From NCBI GenBank assembly GCA_029260655.1, contig JAJDCU010000034.1:64582-128581 (forward strand): DNA of 64,000 nt, in the 5' to 3' direction. Below are positions 16,244-25,065 of the stretch, in pieces (position 1 is the stretch's first letter; the number at the start of each line of letters is the position of its first letter). Under the pieces are notes generated by a model. That model was not told where the DNA came from. It made no database searches and saw only the letters and a program-made list of their open reading frames with translations. Both the position numbers and the translations under genes were made by a program. This stretch comes from Phycisphaeraceae bacterium (lineage in GTDB: Bacteria; Planctomycetota; Phycisphaerae; Phycisphaerales; Phycisphaeraceae).

Positions 16244-16465
16244 TCAAGTGGCGTGGGCCCCGGCCGTCTTTGGGGTATGAACCCGTGCGGACACGGGGCC
16301 CACCGCCGGTGTTGAACTTGTGACCCCGTCAAACCCCTGCATCCACCAGGCCCGCGCTTGACCGGTGACGTAATAGGGGCAGGATGCACGCGAGCGGCCA
16401 AGTTCCGCGGCGCAGCGGCCGGACAGGCGGACCGAATCGGGATCGAGTTTGACGATGGCGTCCAT
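16244..16465 (-). CDS. Rmf/CrpP-fold small protein
   Basis: The pattern GRCAAELGRSRASCPYYVTGQARAWWMQGF matches the G..A..G....CPY...R..W..G signature of the Rmf/CrpP family, which is common on mobile elements. Confidence 0.5.
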   Translation of the reverse strand: MDAIVKLDPDSVRLSGRCAAELGRSRASCPYYVTGQARAWWMQGFDGVTSSTPAVGPVSARVHTPKTAGAHAT

Positions 16466-16482
16466 GTCTGTGCCCACGGGAT

Positions 16483-17052
16483 CTACGCAACCCGGCCGGC
16501 GACCTCCGGTGCGTGCATGAAGGGAAAGAGTGTCTGGCCGAAGTCGTCGACCAGAGATCGGATATTGCGTGCCTCAAACGCGGCCTCGCCGTGGCGTTTG
16601 ACAACCGCGTCGAATCCTCCGAGTTGCCAGTCGTGCAGGCGGGTCCGGATCTTCGGCCGGTTCAGATCGTCAAGCTGGGGGAGCCCCTCGTAACCGGTTT
16701 CCGAGTTGGGCATGACGTCCCAGACAACCTCCAGGTGCTCAAGCTCGTGATCGATCAGGGCCGCTCGGCCCGCTTCAGACCACTCAATCCAGTGGTCCCC
16801 GTCGATGATCAGCACGGCGTCGCCGACACCCAGCGCCCGGAGTTTCGGGGGCGCCGGTCTGATCACCGCGGCGGCGGCGTACCCCCCGTGCTTGATCGCG
16901 GACCCCTTGTGATTGTCGTTCTTATCGCGTGGCGCATAGGCGAACAGGGCGGCGACCTGGACGCCGGCGGCCTTGAGGTGCGGCTGATGCTTGACCATCA
17001 CCTTGCGGATCAGGTCCACCACTTTCTTGGGACATCGCTCGTAAGTGCTCAC
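16483..17052 (-). CDS. Putative phage metallopeptidase-domain protein
   Basis: It carries an HExxH motif (IDHELEHL) in a 189-aa protein whose layout resembles the putative phage metallopeptidase family. Confidence 0.55.
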   Translation of the reverse strand: MSTYERCPKKVVDLIRKVMVKHQPHLKAAGVQVAALFAYAPRDKNDNHKGSAIKHGGYAAAAVIRPAPPKLRALGVGDAVLIIDGDHWIEWSEAGRAALIDHELEHLEVVWDVMPNSETGYEGLPQLDDLNRPKIRTRLHDWQLGGFDAVVKRHGEAAFEARNIRSLVDDFGQTLFPFMHAPEVAGRVA

Positions 17053-17350
17053 ATCAAGTCCTCCGATGAAGTCCTGTTAATGCCGAGTTGGTAAAGCCCA
17101 CGGCCCCGCAGCGCGGAAGTCGGGGGCGAAGTAGCGTTGCATCCCTGCTGCGAGCGTCGCGGCGTCCCTGTTGCGCGGCGCGTGAAAAACCCCCGGGCCG
17201 GGGGGAGGCCCAAGGGTGATACGGCGACGCGGGTGGTGCACGCGCCGCCGACTGTGGGGAGGGTCGTATGGAAAAAGCCGCCAGAGCCGTGCAGTGAGGC
17301 ACCGGCCCCGGGGCTTCCGGGGGCATGTGAATGGCTGGCCAGGCAGAGGC

Positions 17351-18301
17351 TCAACCCTGACGGTGCGCCTGCATCTTGGCGATCACCTCGTCGAGTTTGA
17401 CCTCGGCATAGATCTCGGTCGTCCTGACGCTGGAGTGACCCAGCAGGACCTGGGCGGCGTCGATCCCCACATCCCGCCGGATCTCTGTGCCGGTCGTGTG
17501 GCGTACCTGCTGGGGTGTCCAGGGATCCAGACCCGCCCGCTTGAGGGCCCGCCTGATGGTCGTGCGGTACGAGTCGACCCGGACGCCGAACACCGGGCCG
17601 GACCGGATTTTCGCCAGCTTGAGCCAGCGGCGCAGCAGGTGCTGCTCCGTCTCGAACAGCGCAATCACCCGCGTTTTGCCTCGGTGTTCGGTCTTGTGCT
17701 CGTCGGGTCGGTAGACCCAAATCCCCGAGGGGCCCTTCCGGTCGATCGCCTCGACGGTCATCGAGCAGAGTTCGCCCGGCCTCATACCGGTTTCGAGCTG
17801 CAACTCGACCATGGTCGACGTGCGTATCCGGGCGAACTTCGTGGCCGGCAGCATCGGCTGGCCCCCCTTGGGCGGGTCGAACAGCGAGGCCAGGAAGTCG
17901 GTGATCTTGTCCCTCCCGACCGCCGAGAGGCCGCCTGTCTCCCTGGCGCTGCTTCGGCCGTAGGCCAGGGGTTTGAGCATCATCAGCCGGGAACAGACCA
18001 GTTCGGGCACATACCCCCGCTCGGGCTCGGCCCCCCACCGGAAGACACGGACCATCCGGCTGACCTTCCCGTTGACCGTCTGCCGGCAGTTGTTCGGCCG
18101 GTTGGACAGAATCCACTCGCGGGCCCTGGCCAGTGTGACGGCCGTCATGTCCCCCACCGCCATCGATCCGGCCACCTGTCGTAGCGGAACAAGCGCGTCC
18201 TTGAGTGAGCTGTACTCGCTGGTGAGGCGTTTGGACTTGGGCTTGCGGTAGTAGCCCATCGCGTGATCCATGAACAAGCAGCAGAGCTTGGACACTTTCA
18301 T
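17351..18301 (-). CDS. Tyrosine recombinase/integrase (edge copy, next to the tRNA)
   Basis: The catalytic region is QQVRHTTGTEIRRDVG...VLLGHSSVRTTEIYAE. It is the last gene before the non-coding stretch that leads to tRNA-Ala. Confidence 0.85.
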   Translation of the reverse strand: MKVSKLCCLFMDHAMGYYRKPKSKRLTSEYSSLKDALVPLRQVAGSMAVGDMTAVTLARAREWILSNRPNNCRQTVNGKVSRMVRVFRWGAEPERGYVPELVCSRLMMLKPLAYGRSSARETGGLSAVGRDKITDFLASLFDPPKGGQPMLPATKFARIRTSTMVELQLETGMRPGELCSMTVEAIDRKGPSGIWVYRPDEHKTEHRGKTRVIALFETEQHLLRRWLKLAKIRSGPVFGVRVDSYRTTIRRALKRAGLDPWTPQQVRHTTGTEIRRDVGIDAAQVLLGHSSVRTTEIYAEVKLDEVIAKMQAHRQG

Positions 18302-18438
18302 GGTGTGCCCCTTTCACAAGATAAGAAACGAAACACCCCGGGCGCTCCGGAGATACCATCTCGTGGAAGGCGTCCGTGCGCGATGTGTTCGATCCATCCA
18401 TGGGCCCTGATCTGCCTGATCGTAAACGCCACAGCCGG

Positions 18439-18455
18439 TAGCTGAAACGGGGCCC
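18439..18455. repeat. 17-bp direct repeat TAGCTGAAACGGGGCCC, copy 1 (candidate att core)
   Basis: It is an exact 17/17 match to 18838-18854 and lies about 140 nt from the integrase start. Confidence 0.6.
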
Positions 18456-18678
18456 GGTGACGGGGGTTTCCAGCCGTGACGAGCCCGGGAGAAAACTCCA
18501 GGGCGTTGATTTTTTTGAGGTCTGCTGCGAGCAATCACACTCGCGTCAGGCCCCGGTTCAGTGCACACGATCATGCAGGCAGGTCGATATGAAGTCAATA
18601 CCCTAACAACGAAATTACACGTCGAAGGGTTCGCTATGACCTGATGCTTGTCACGCATCAGGTCACCCACACGCGCGC

Positions 18679-18714
18679 AAAAAAAGGGCCCGCCAGGTGA
18701 TTGACTGGCGGGCC
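18679..18714 (-). terminator. Rho-independent terminator downstream of tRNA-Ala
   Basis: On the minus strand, the stem GGCCCGCCAG / CTGGCGGGCC (10 bp, 8-nt loop) is followed by CTTTTTTT. Confidence 0.65.
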
Positions 18715-18837
18715 GAAGGCGGTGTCGCCGGGTCGTAGACCGGCGGCGTTTCGGGGTCAGGGCAATTGCTCTGAACCCTAGACGTACAAGCAGTTAGCTC
18801 GTACGTTCGGAGACGGCCGCACCAACCGGGGGTTGGT

Positions 18838-18854
18838 TAGCTGAAACGGGGCCC
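18838..18854. repeat. 17-bp direct repeat TAGCTGAAACGGGGCCC, copy 2
   Basis: It is an exact copy and lies 25 nt past the 3' end of tRNA-Ala. Confidence 0.6.
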
Positions 18855-18878
18855 ATAGAAGATGGACCGTCCCCTAAG

Positions 18879-18951
18879 TGGAGCTGACAGGGATCGAACC
18901 TGCGACCTTCTGTATGCCATACAGACGCTCTCCCAACTGAGCTACAGCCCC
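18879..18951 (-). tRNA. tRNA-Ala (anticodon GGC)
   Basis: I folded the cloverleaf by hand: acceptor GGGGCTG/CAGCTCC with the G3:U70 alanine identity pair, D arm GCTC-AGTTGGG-AGAGC, anticodon loop ATGGCAT, and T arm GCAGG-TTCGATC-CCTGT. No CCA is encoded. Confidence 0.9.
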
Positions 18952-19137
18952 ATGATTTGTCCGGCGCGGGGAGTATAAGCCCACCCGCCGTGGGCTTCAA
19001 GCCCATCGCTGCCGGGGCTGATACCCGAACCTGGTTTTGACTGGGGGCGGACCGCCATGCGTCGGCGGCGGGGCTGATATTCCCAGGCCCCCCGGGTTTT
19101 GCTATATTGATGGGCTCGAAGACTCAGGAGACCCGTA

Positions 19138-19890
19138 TTGCCGCTTCAAGATCAGCTGTATGACCTGTTCCTGCTGGACCAACAAGTGCGGGGCCTGCGC
19201 ACCCGCCTGGACGCGGCGACCCGTCGGCTGGGCGCTCAGAGCAACAAGCTCGACCAGTTGCGCCAGCAACAGACGGAGTTGTCGGACCAGGTCAAACACG
19301 GCCAGGCCGAAGTCTCGAGTCTCGAGCACGAAGCCAGCGACCTGGACGAGCGCGTCAAGAAACTGCGCGAGCAGATGAACAACGTCCGCAACAACAAGGA
19401 ATACTCGGCCATGCTGGTCGAGGTCAATACGTTCAAGGACGAGAAGGGCAAGCTGGAAGATCAGGCGCTGGAGAAGATGGGTGAAGTCGATGCGACCGGG
19501 CAGCGCCTAGCAGAGGTCCAGGCCCAGGTCACCGACCAGGTCAAACTGGTCGAGTTGGCCCAGGCGGAGGTCCAAAGCTCAAAGGACGAAGTCGGCGATC
19601 AGCTGGCGGACGCAACCGCCAAGCGCGAGATCGCGGCGGATCAGATACCCAGCGACCGCCTGGCGCAATTCGAACGCCTGGCGGACAATTACGACGGTGA
19701 GACACTCGGCGAGATCGAGGAACAGGACCGGCGGCGGCGGGAATACACCTGCGGCGGCTGCTACATGGAACTACCGATCGAGCGGGTCAACGCGCTGATG
19801 ATGAAACCCGACGAGTTGGTCACCTGCCCCAGTTGCAATCGGTTCCTGTACATCAAGCAAGAGCTAAAGGCGGAAATCGGCGCCAAATAA
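19138..19890 (+). CDS. Coiled-coil protein with a C-terminal C4 zinc ribbon (COG1579/DUF164 type)
   Basis: It has long heptad-like coiled-coil sequence, then CGGCYMELP...VTCPSCNRFLY. The start codon is TTG. Confidence 0.75.
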   Translation: MPLQDQLYDLFLLDQQVRGLRTRLDAATRRLGAQSNKLDQLRQQQTELSDQVKHGQAEVSSLEHEASDLDERVKKLREQMNNVRNNKEYSAMLVEVNTFKDEKGKLEDQALEKMGEVDATGQRLAEVQAQVTDQVKLVELAQAEVQSSKDEVGDQLADATAKREIAADQIPSDRLAQFERLADNYDGETLGEIEEQDRRRREYTCGGCYMELPIERVNALMMKPDELVTCPSCNRFLYIKQELKAEIGAK

Positions 19891-19971
19891 CCGTCGGCCG
19901 GGACGTCTTGGGGTGGACGCGACCATCATACGGCCAATTACTCAGATACGGCCCCAGGGGAACGTTATCCT

Positions 19972-20661
19972 GTGAAGCTGACGATCCATTTCGATGGCGG
20001 CTCACGTGGCAACCCGGGCCCGGCGTCCGCGGGGGTGGTCATCACCGACACCGACACGGGCAAACCGCTGCACGAGGCCGGCTACTTCCTGGGCCGATGC
20101 ACCAACAATGTCGCTGAATACCAGGGCCTGGTCCGCTCGCTCGAACAGGCCAAATCCTTAGCCGGCACTTCCCTACAGATCCACAGCGACTCGGAACTAC
20201 TGGTCCGGCAGATCACCGGACAGTACCGGGTCAAGTCCCCTGCCCTCAAGCCGCTGTACGACAAGGCCAATGCCCTGCTGGACGGTTTCGACGCTTGGGC
20301 CATTGATCATGTGCGCCGCGAGAGCAATCAGCGGGCGGATGAGTTGGCGAACCTGGCGATGGACCACCAGGCTGACGTGTCAGGCGACAGCCCGCCCCCC
20401 GCTGCCGGGCAAACCGGCGACGCTGCACCTAAGACCCCCTGCTGGTCGGCGAAGCTCAGCGGGCGTAACGGCAAATGCCTCGCCGGCTGCGGGACGGGCA
20501 ACGAATACACCTTCGGGCCGACCACCCCCGACGGGTTTTGCGTGCATGCGGCCTTGGCGGTGTTGGGCGATGGACCGCTGCAATGGCCTGGCAAAAAAAA
20601 GACCGGCCGGGCCCGATGCGGTGCCTGCGGGCTGACCATCAATATGATGCGGATCCACTGA
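19972..20661 (+). CDS. rnhA: Ribonuclease HI domain fused to a C-terminal Cys-rich TIGR04076-like domain
   Basis: The RNase H motifs are FDGGSRGNPGPASAG, NNVAEYQGL, HSDSELLVRQ and RESNQRADELAN. The tail reads GKCLAGCG...PDGFCVHAALAV...RCGACGL. Confidence 0.8.
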   Translation: MKLTIHFDGGSRGNPGPASAGVVITDTDTGKPLHEAGYFLGRCTNNVAEYQGLVRSLEQAKSLAGTSLQIHSDSELLVRQITGQYRVKSPALKPLYDKANALLDGFDAWAIDHVRRESNQRADELANLAMDHQADVSGDSPPPAAGQTGDAAPKTPCWSAKLSGRNGKCLAGCGTGNEYTFGPTTPDGFCVHAALAVLGDGPLQWPGKKKTGRARCGACGLTINMMRIH

Positions 20662-20773
20662 GCCCCCCCCCACAGCCCACGACCCGCCCTACCGCGGTAT
20701 CGCGGCGTCAACCCCCGTGACTGTCAGGATTTGGCTCATCCGGTGGTCGCATTTGACCGAACCTGTGATTACA

Positions 20774-21184
20774 ATGTTAGTAGAAGGCTCAGCCATGCTG
20801 ATAAGAAAACCCCAGCAAACCCAGGCCCGTGAGATGGACATGCCCGGCGCATCCGGTGTGACCATGCGGCTGATGGTCGGCAAAGACGATGGGGCCCCGA
20901 ACTTCGCGATGCGGCAGTTCGAAGTCGCCGCCGGCGGACACACGCCCTGCCACAGCCATAACTACGAGCACGAGGTGATGATCCTGCAAGGCAGCGCCCA
21001 AGTCGGGTTTGGGCCCGAGGGTTCACAGACTCGGCCCGCCGAGCAAGGGGATGTGCTGTTCATCCCCGCCAATGAAACCCATCAGTTCCGCAATGATGGG
21101 CCCGGGGTGCTTAAGTTCGTGTGCCTGGTGCCCACCGAGTTCGACTGCGGCGGCAGCGCCGAGCCGACCCCGGGGTCGTTTTGA
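20774..21184 (+). CDS. Cupin-domain protein
   Basis: The cupin motifs are GGHTPCHSHNYEHEVMILQG and GDVLFIPANETHQFRN. The start is uncertain (20717, 20774 or 20795). Confidence 0.7.
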   Translation: MLVEGSAMLIRKPQQTQAREMDMPGASGVTMRLMVGKDDGAPNFAMRQFEVAAGGHTPCHSHNYEHEVMILQGSAQVGFGPEGSQTRPAEQGDVLFIPANETHQFRNDGPGVLKFVCLVPTEFDCGGSAEPTPGSF

Positions 21185-21284
21185 CCGGGCCGGGGACCAG
21201 TGGCCGATGCTTGTTTGACGGGCCCGGTTGGCCTAAGTAGTTTTCGAGTCTGGTTGTCTCGTTTTCCTCGATGAGGGTCCACCG

Positions 21285-22322
21285 ATGCCCGAGCAGACCA
21301 CCCCACGCCGTGCCTTTTTCTCCACCCCCTACGGAAGCTTCGTTGCCGCCGTGCTTTTGATGGTCGCCTCGGCCGTGGTGGCGCTGGCGGCTTCGATCGT
21401 GCTGGCAAAAGCCGATTTCGCCAGCCCGACCGCCGAGCTATCGGTGAAATACCTGATGTACAGCTTCAGCATCGTGCTGGGGATGGCCAGCGTGTACGCC
21501 CTGATCGCCGGAGCGGTCCGCTTCGGTGTGTACGGCAGTGGTTCCACGGGCGCTGCGACGCCGGGGCGTGAAGAGGACAACGTCCTGCTGACCCAACTGC
21601 ACGTGATCAGCGATCGGATGCTGCTCAGCGACACGGCCAAGCGTATCGCCTACCGCCAGGAAGACCTCAACGCCCTGCGTGAAGCGATCCGTGAAGACAT
21701 GCGGAAAAACGACTTCGACGCCGCCCTGGTCCTGGTCCAGGAGATGAGCCAGACCTTCGGGTATCGCGAGGAGGCCGAGGAGTTCCGCGACCAGATCATG
21801 ACCGCCCGCAGCACCGAGACCGAGGCCAAGATCACCACCTTGCTTGGCCGGCTCGATACACTCATGGGCCAGCACCACGACTACGACCAGGCCATGGCCG
21901 ACGCCATGAAGATCATGCGGCTGTACCCTGAGAGCCCGCGCGTCGCCAAGCTCGACGAGCACGTCCTGAAGAGCAAAGAAGCCTACAAGCACCAGGTCGA
22001 GCGTGATTTCCTAGCCGCGGCTCAGAAAGACGACGTGGACGGCGCGATCGCCCTGCTCGCCGAACTCGACAGGTACCTCACCGAGCGCGAGGCAGAGCCC
22101 TTCCGCGAGGTCGCGCGCGGCGTGATCGGCAAGAAGCGGGACAACCTGGGCGTGCAGTTCAAGATGGCCGTCCACGACAAGGAATGGCTCAAGGCCATCC
22201 GCGTCGGCGAGCAGATCATCCGAGACTTCCCCAACACCCGCATGGCCGAGGAGGTCCGCGAACGCATCGACCTCCTGCGCGAACGCGCCGCCGGCCAGCA
22301 GGCCGCACAGCAGGCACGGTAG
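21285..22322 (+). CDS. Membrane-anchored helical protein of unknown function
   Basis: Two N-terminal hydrophobic helices are followed by a long charged helical region. Confidence 0.55.
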   Translation: MPEQTTPRRAFFSTPYGSFVAAVLLMVASAVVALAASIVLAKADFASPTAELSVKYLMYSFSIVLGMASVYALIAGAVRFGVYGSGSTGAATPGREEDNVLLTQLHVISDRMLLSDTAKRIAYRQEDLNALREAIREDMRKNDFDAALVLVQEMSQTFGYREEAEEFRDQIMTARSTETEAKITTLLGRLDTLMGQHHDYDQAMADAMKIMRLYPESPRVAKLDEHVLKSKEAYKHQVERDFLAAAQKDDVDGAIALLAELDRYLTEREAEPFREVARGVIGKKRDNLGVQFKMAVHDKEWLKAIRVGEQIIRDFPNTRMAEEVRERIDLLRERAAGQQAAQQAR

Positions 22323-22355
22323 GACGGGCACCGATCAGCGATTTAGGGGGCAGCC

Positions 22356-23111
22356 GTGAATCCCATATGGCCAAGGCCCTGGCGCTCGCTGCTCACCGAA
22401 GATGAAGCACCATTTCTGGAGACCCAACTTCAGCGAGAACTCGTTGACGGTCATCCTTTGTTCGGCCAAACTGCCAAGGCGCTGGCCAGGCGTGATGATG
22501 TGAATGATGCGTTGTTCGGCCTATCGGGTGGCCGAGTTACAATCGTGCATCTGACGTTTTCCAAGGGTCCGTTTACCCGGCTCATCCCCTGGGCTGAGGT
22601 GTATGCTGATATCGAAGCTCTCATCGACGAGCTACGGAACCGGTACTGCAATCCCAAAGCGGCTGCTCCCAGAATAGACCTGCTTCACCCGGTAAATCAG
22701 CAACCGCTCAAGGTACTGGCATGTGACGCGTTGCCACTATTTACCTTGCCGACAGAGCTACCACATGATGGCGATCAAGATCTGGGCACGCACCCTGACC
22801 TGTGGGATCGCGTTTGGCATGAGTTAGGAGGCCGGTTGCCAACCGATGAACGTTGTCTTGTTTACAACAGGCCCGCATTGGTCTCGCCCGCAGGTGTCCT
22901 TCTCGCGGTTGCGAGAGGAACCCACTACGCGCTGCACGTGCCTGAACAGGTCACGGAATGGGCAATCGAATCTGTCGTAAGGGTCCGTGGCGAACAGGCA
23001 CGCGAAGAACAAGCGGACCTACGATCCAAGTTCGGAGATGGCTGGTTGATTGGCACCTATCTTGACCACGAGATCGGTTGGTGTCGGCAGATGCACGCTC
23101 TTTATGCATGA
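22356..23111 (+). CDS. Hypothetical protein (GC visibly lower than the flanks)
   Basis: 251-aa ORF with a GTG start. No motif recognised. Confidence 0.5.
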   Translation: MNPIWPRPWRSLLTEDEAPFLETQLQRELVDGHPLFGQTAKALARRDDVNDALFGLSGGRVTIVHLTFSKGPFTRLIPWAEVYADIEALIDELRNRYCNPKAAAPRIDLLHPVNQQPLKVLACDALPLFTLPTELPHDGDQDLGTHPDLWDRVWHELGGRLPTDERCLVYNRPALVSPAGVLLAVARGTHYALHVPEQVTEWAIESVVRVRGEQAREEQADLRSKFGDGWLIGTYLDHEIGWCRQMHALYA

Positions 23112-23153
23112 GCGGCGAGGTGCAAATCCCGCACACCTCGCTAAACTACCCCC

Positions 23154-24185
23154 ATGCCTACCATCCACGACGCAGTGATTATCCCCGGTGACGGCATCGG
23201 GCCGGCCGTTTCCGCCGCCGTCGCCAAGGTCCTCAGCGCCGCCGGGGCCCCCGTCCGGTTCCACGAGCACCACGCCGGGCTCGCCGCGCTCGAAGATGGC
23301 GACGACGTCCTGCCGCAGTCCACCGTTGATGCCGTCCGCGAGCACCACGTCGCGCTCAAAGGCCCCTGCACCACGCCCGTCGGCAAGGGGTTTACCTCCG
23401 TCAACGTCCAACTGCGAAAGCGCCTTGACCTCTTCGCCGCCATACGACCGGTCCGCAGCCTACCCGGCGTCCCCACCCGCTACGACGACGTCGACCTGGT
23501 CATCTTCCGCGAGAACACCGAGGGCCTGTACTCCGGCGTCGAAAACGAGATCGTCCCGGGCGTGGTCACCAGCCTCAAGATCGCCAGCCGGGACGCCTGC
23601 ACACGCATCGCACGACGCGCCTTCGTCTACGCCAAACGCAGAGGCCGGAAGAAAGTCACCGTCTTCCACAAAGCCAACATCATGAAGCTCAGCGACGGCC
23701 TGTTCCTCGACTGCGTCAAGCAGGTCCACGATGACGAGTTCAATGACATCCCCTACGAAACACAGATCATCGACGCCGGCTGCATGAAGATCGTCCAGGA
23801 CCCTACCCAGTTCGACCTGCTGCTGATGGAAAACCTCTACGGCGACGTCATATCCGACCTCGCCGCTGGACTCGTCGGCGGGCTGGGCGTTGTCCCCGGC
23901 TCCAACCTTGGCGACGAGGACGCCGTCTTCGAAGCCGTCCACGGCAGCGCCCCCGACATCGCAGGCAAAGGCATCGCCAATCCCCTGGCCCTACTCATGT
24001 CCGCCGTCATGATGCTCAACCACCTAAGCGAAACCCGCAAAGACGACCGCTGCCTCAAAGCCGCCAACGCCATCAAAAAAGCCTACAACCGGGCCCTGGA
24101 AGACAACCAAAAGACCGGCGACCTCGGCGGCACCCTCACCACCGACGGCTTCGCCGACGCGGTGATCGAACGGCTAAACGGCTAG
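23154..24185 (+). CDS. Isocitrate/isopropylmalate dehydrogenase family enzyme (NAD-IDH-like)
   Basis: The motifs are IFRENTEGLYSG, NLYGDVISDLAAGLVGGLG and HGSAPDIAGKGIANP. Confidence 0.85.
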   Translation: MPTIHDAVIIPGDGIGPAVSAAVAKVLSAAGAPVRFHEHHAGLAALEDGDDVLPQSTVDAVREHHVALKGPCTTPVGKGFTSVNVQLRKRLDLFAAIRPVRSLPGVPTRYDDVDLVIFRENTEGLYSGVENEIVPGVVTSLKIASRDACTRIARRAFVYAKRRGRKKVTVFHKANIMKLSDGLFLDCVKQVHDDEFNDIPYETQIIDAGCMKIVQDPTQFDLLLMENLYGDVISDLAAGLVGGLGVVPGSNLGDEDAVFEAVHGSAPDIAGKGIANPLALLMSAVMMLNHLSETRKDDRCLKAANAIKKAYNRALEDNQKTGDLGGTLTTDGFADAVIERLNG

Positions 24186-24194
24186 GAGTTCTCT

Positions 24195-25055
24195 ATGCCC
24201 TCGGTGAACGATTGGTCCATCTCGGGTTCCGACGACCAGCCCATCCTCGGCAACACGCACATGCCGGACGGCGGGCCCGAGGCCGCGGTCGGGCTGCTGC
24301 TGATCTGCCACGGGTTCAAGGGCTACAAAGACTACGGCTTCTTCCCCCACCTGGCGCAGGCGGCTTGCGACGCCGGGTTGATCGCGCACCGTTTCAACTT
24401 CTCCCACTCCGGGATGACCAACCAGATCGACACGTTCGAGCGGGCGGACCTTTTTGAGAAGGACACCTGGCGCAAGCAGTCGGCGGACCTGCGAAGCGTG
24501 ATCGCGGCGGTCGAGTCAGGCGAGCTAGGCGGGCGTGGATTGCCGATCGTGGTGTTCGGCCACAGCCGAGGCGGCGTGACCACCCTGCTGACGGCGGGCG
24601 ATCCGGATGTCTGCACCCGATTGTCGGGCGTTGTCACCGCCGCGGCGCCCAGCGCGTGCAGCCGGCTTGGGCCCGAGCAGATTCAGATGCTCAAGCGTGC
24701 CGGAAAGATCGCATCGCCCTCGTCGCGGACCGGACAGACGCTGTATGTGGGGCGGATATGCCAGGACGAGATCGACGCGGACCCCTCGTGGCACGACCCC
24801 TGCCGGGCTGCGGCGGCGATCACCTGCCCTGTGTTGCTGATCCACGGCACGGATGACACGACGGTGCCGATCAGTGAAGCTGAGGAACTTCATCAAGCGC
24901 AGCCGGAGGCTCGGTACCTGATCATCGACAGTGCAAGCCACACCTTCAACGCCCCTAACCCCCTGCCATTGGATCAAGCGCCGCCCCCCGAAGCGCAGCA
25001 GATGATCGACGCCGCTTGCGGCTTCGCGGTTGAGTGTTGTAAGGAGAAAGCGTGA
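24195..25055 (+). CDS. Alpha/beta hydrolase
   Basis: It has the nucleophile elbow VVFGHSRGG, then LLIHGTDDTTVP and SHTF, which look like the Asp and His regions of the catalytic triad. Confidence 0.7.
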   Translation: MPSVNDWSISGSDDQPILGNTHMPDGGPEAAVGLLLICHGFKGYKDYGFFPHLAQAACDAGLIAHRFNFSHSGMTNQIDTFERADLFEKDTWRKQSADLRSVIAAVESGELGGRGLPIVVFGHSRGGVTTLLTAGDPDVCTRLSGVVTAAAPSACSRLGPEQIQMLKRAGKIASPSSRTGQTLYVGRICQDEIDADPSWHDPCRAAAAITCPVLLIHGTDDTTVPISEAEELHQAQPEARYLIIDSASHTFNAPNPLPLDQAPPPEAQQMIDAACGFAVECCKEKA

Positions 25056-25065
25056 CGAGTAGCGG

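Larger units (their letters stand above)
1..18455 (-). mobile_element. Prophage-like integrated element, cut by the left window edge. The right boundary is provisional (17-bp repeat at 18439-18455) and lies beside tRNA-Ala.
   Basis: About 35 tightly packed or overlapping minus-strand ORFs carry phage hallmarks: two tyrosine integrases, a DUF5131 (Gp37/Gp68) protein, an orphan C5-MTase, an HTH replication-type protein with iterons, a lysis-type cassette, and LamG/glycosidase tail-type proteins. The run ends about 420 nt from the 3' end of a tRNA gene. Confidence 0.75.

Noticed and set aside
17049-18401. 450-aa minus-strand ORF, and many other long Arg/Pro/Gly-rich ORFs overlapping annotated genes (for example 17216..18184, 32680..33537, 38439..39380, 7027..7710, 13036..13776).
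   Set aside because: These are shadow ORFs, typical of high-GC DNA. Their composition is low-complexity and R/P/G/A-rich. They carry no motifs, and each overlaps a gene that has clear family signatures in another frame.
13929-18455. Interpretation of the 13.9-18.4 kb module as an independent PICI-like satellite integrated in tandem with the phage.
   Set aside because: There is no intergenic gap or att-like repeat at its inner border, because the genes overlap at 13929-13932. The module is also only about 4.5 kb. I kept it as an open question in the findings rather than annotating it as a feature.
18794-19006. 70-aa ORF overlapping the tRNA-Ala locus.
   Set aside because: The region folds into a canonical tRNA cloverleaf. 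The ORF is a by-product of that sequence.
20655-20680. Poly-C tract just after the RNase H stop, and the A8 tract inside the gene (about 20587-20594), as phase-variation switches.
   Set aside because: The C-tract is non-coding and is not positioned between promoter elements. The A-tract encodes KKK in-frame, and there is no evidence of an alternative frame.
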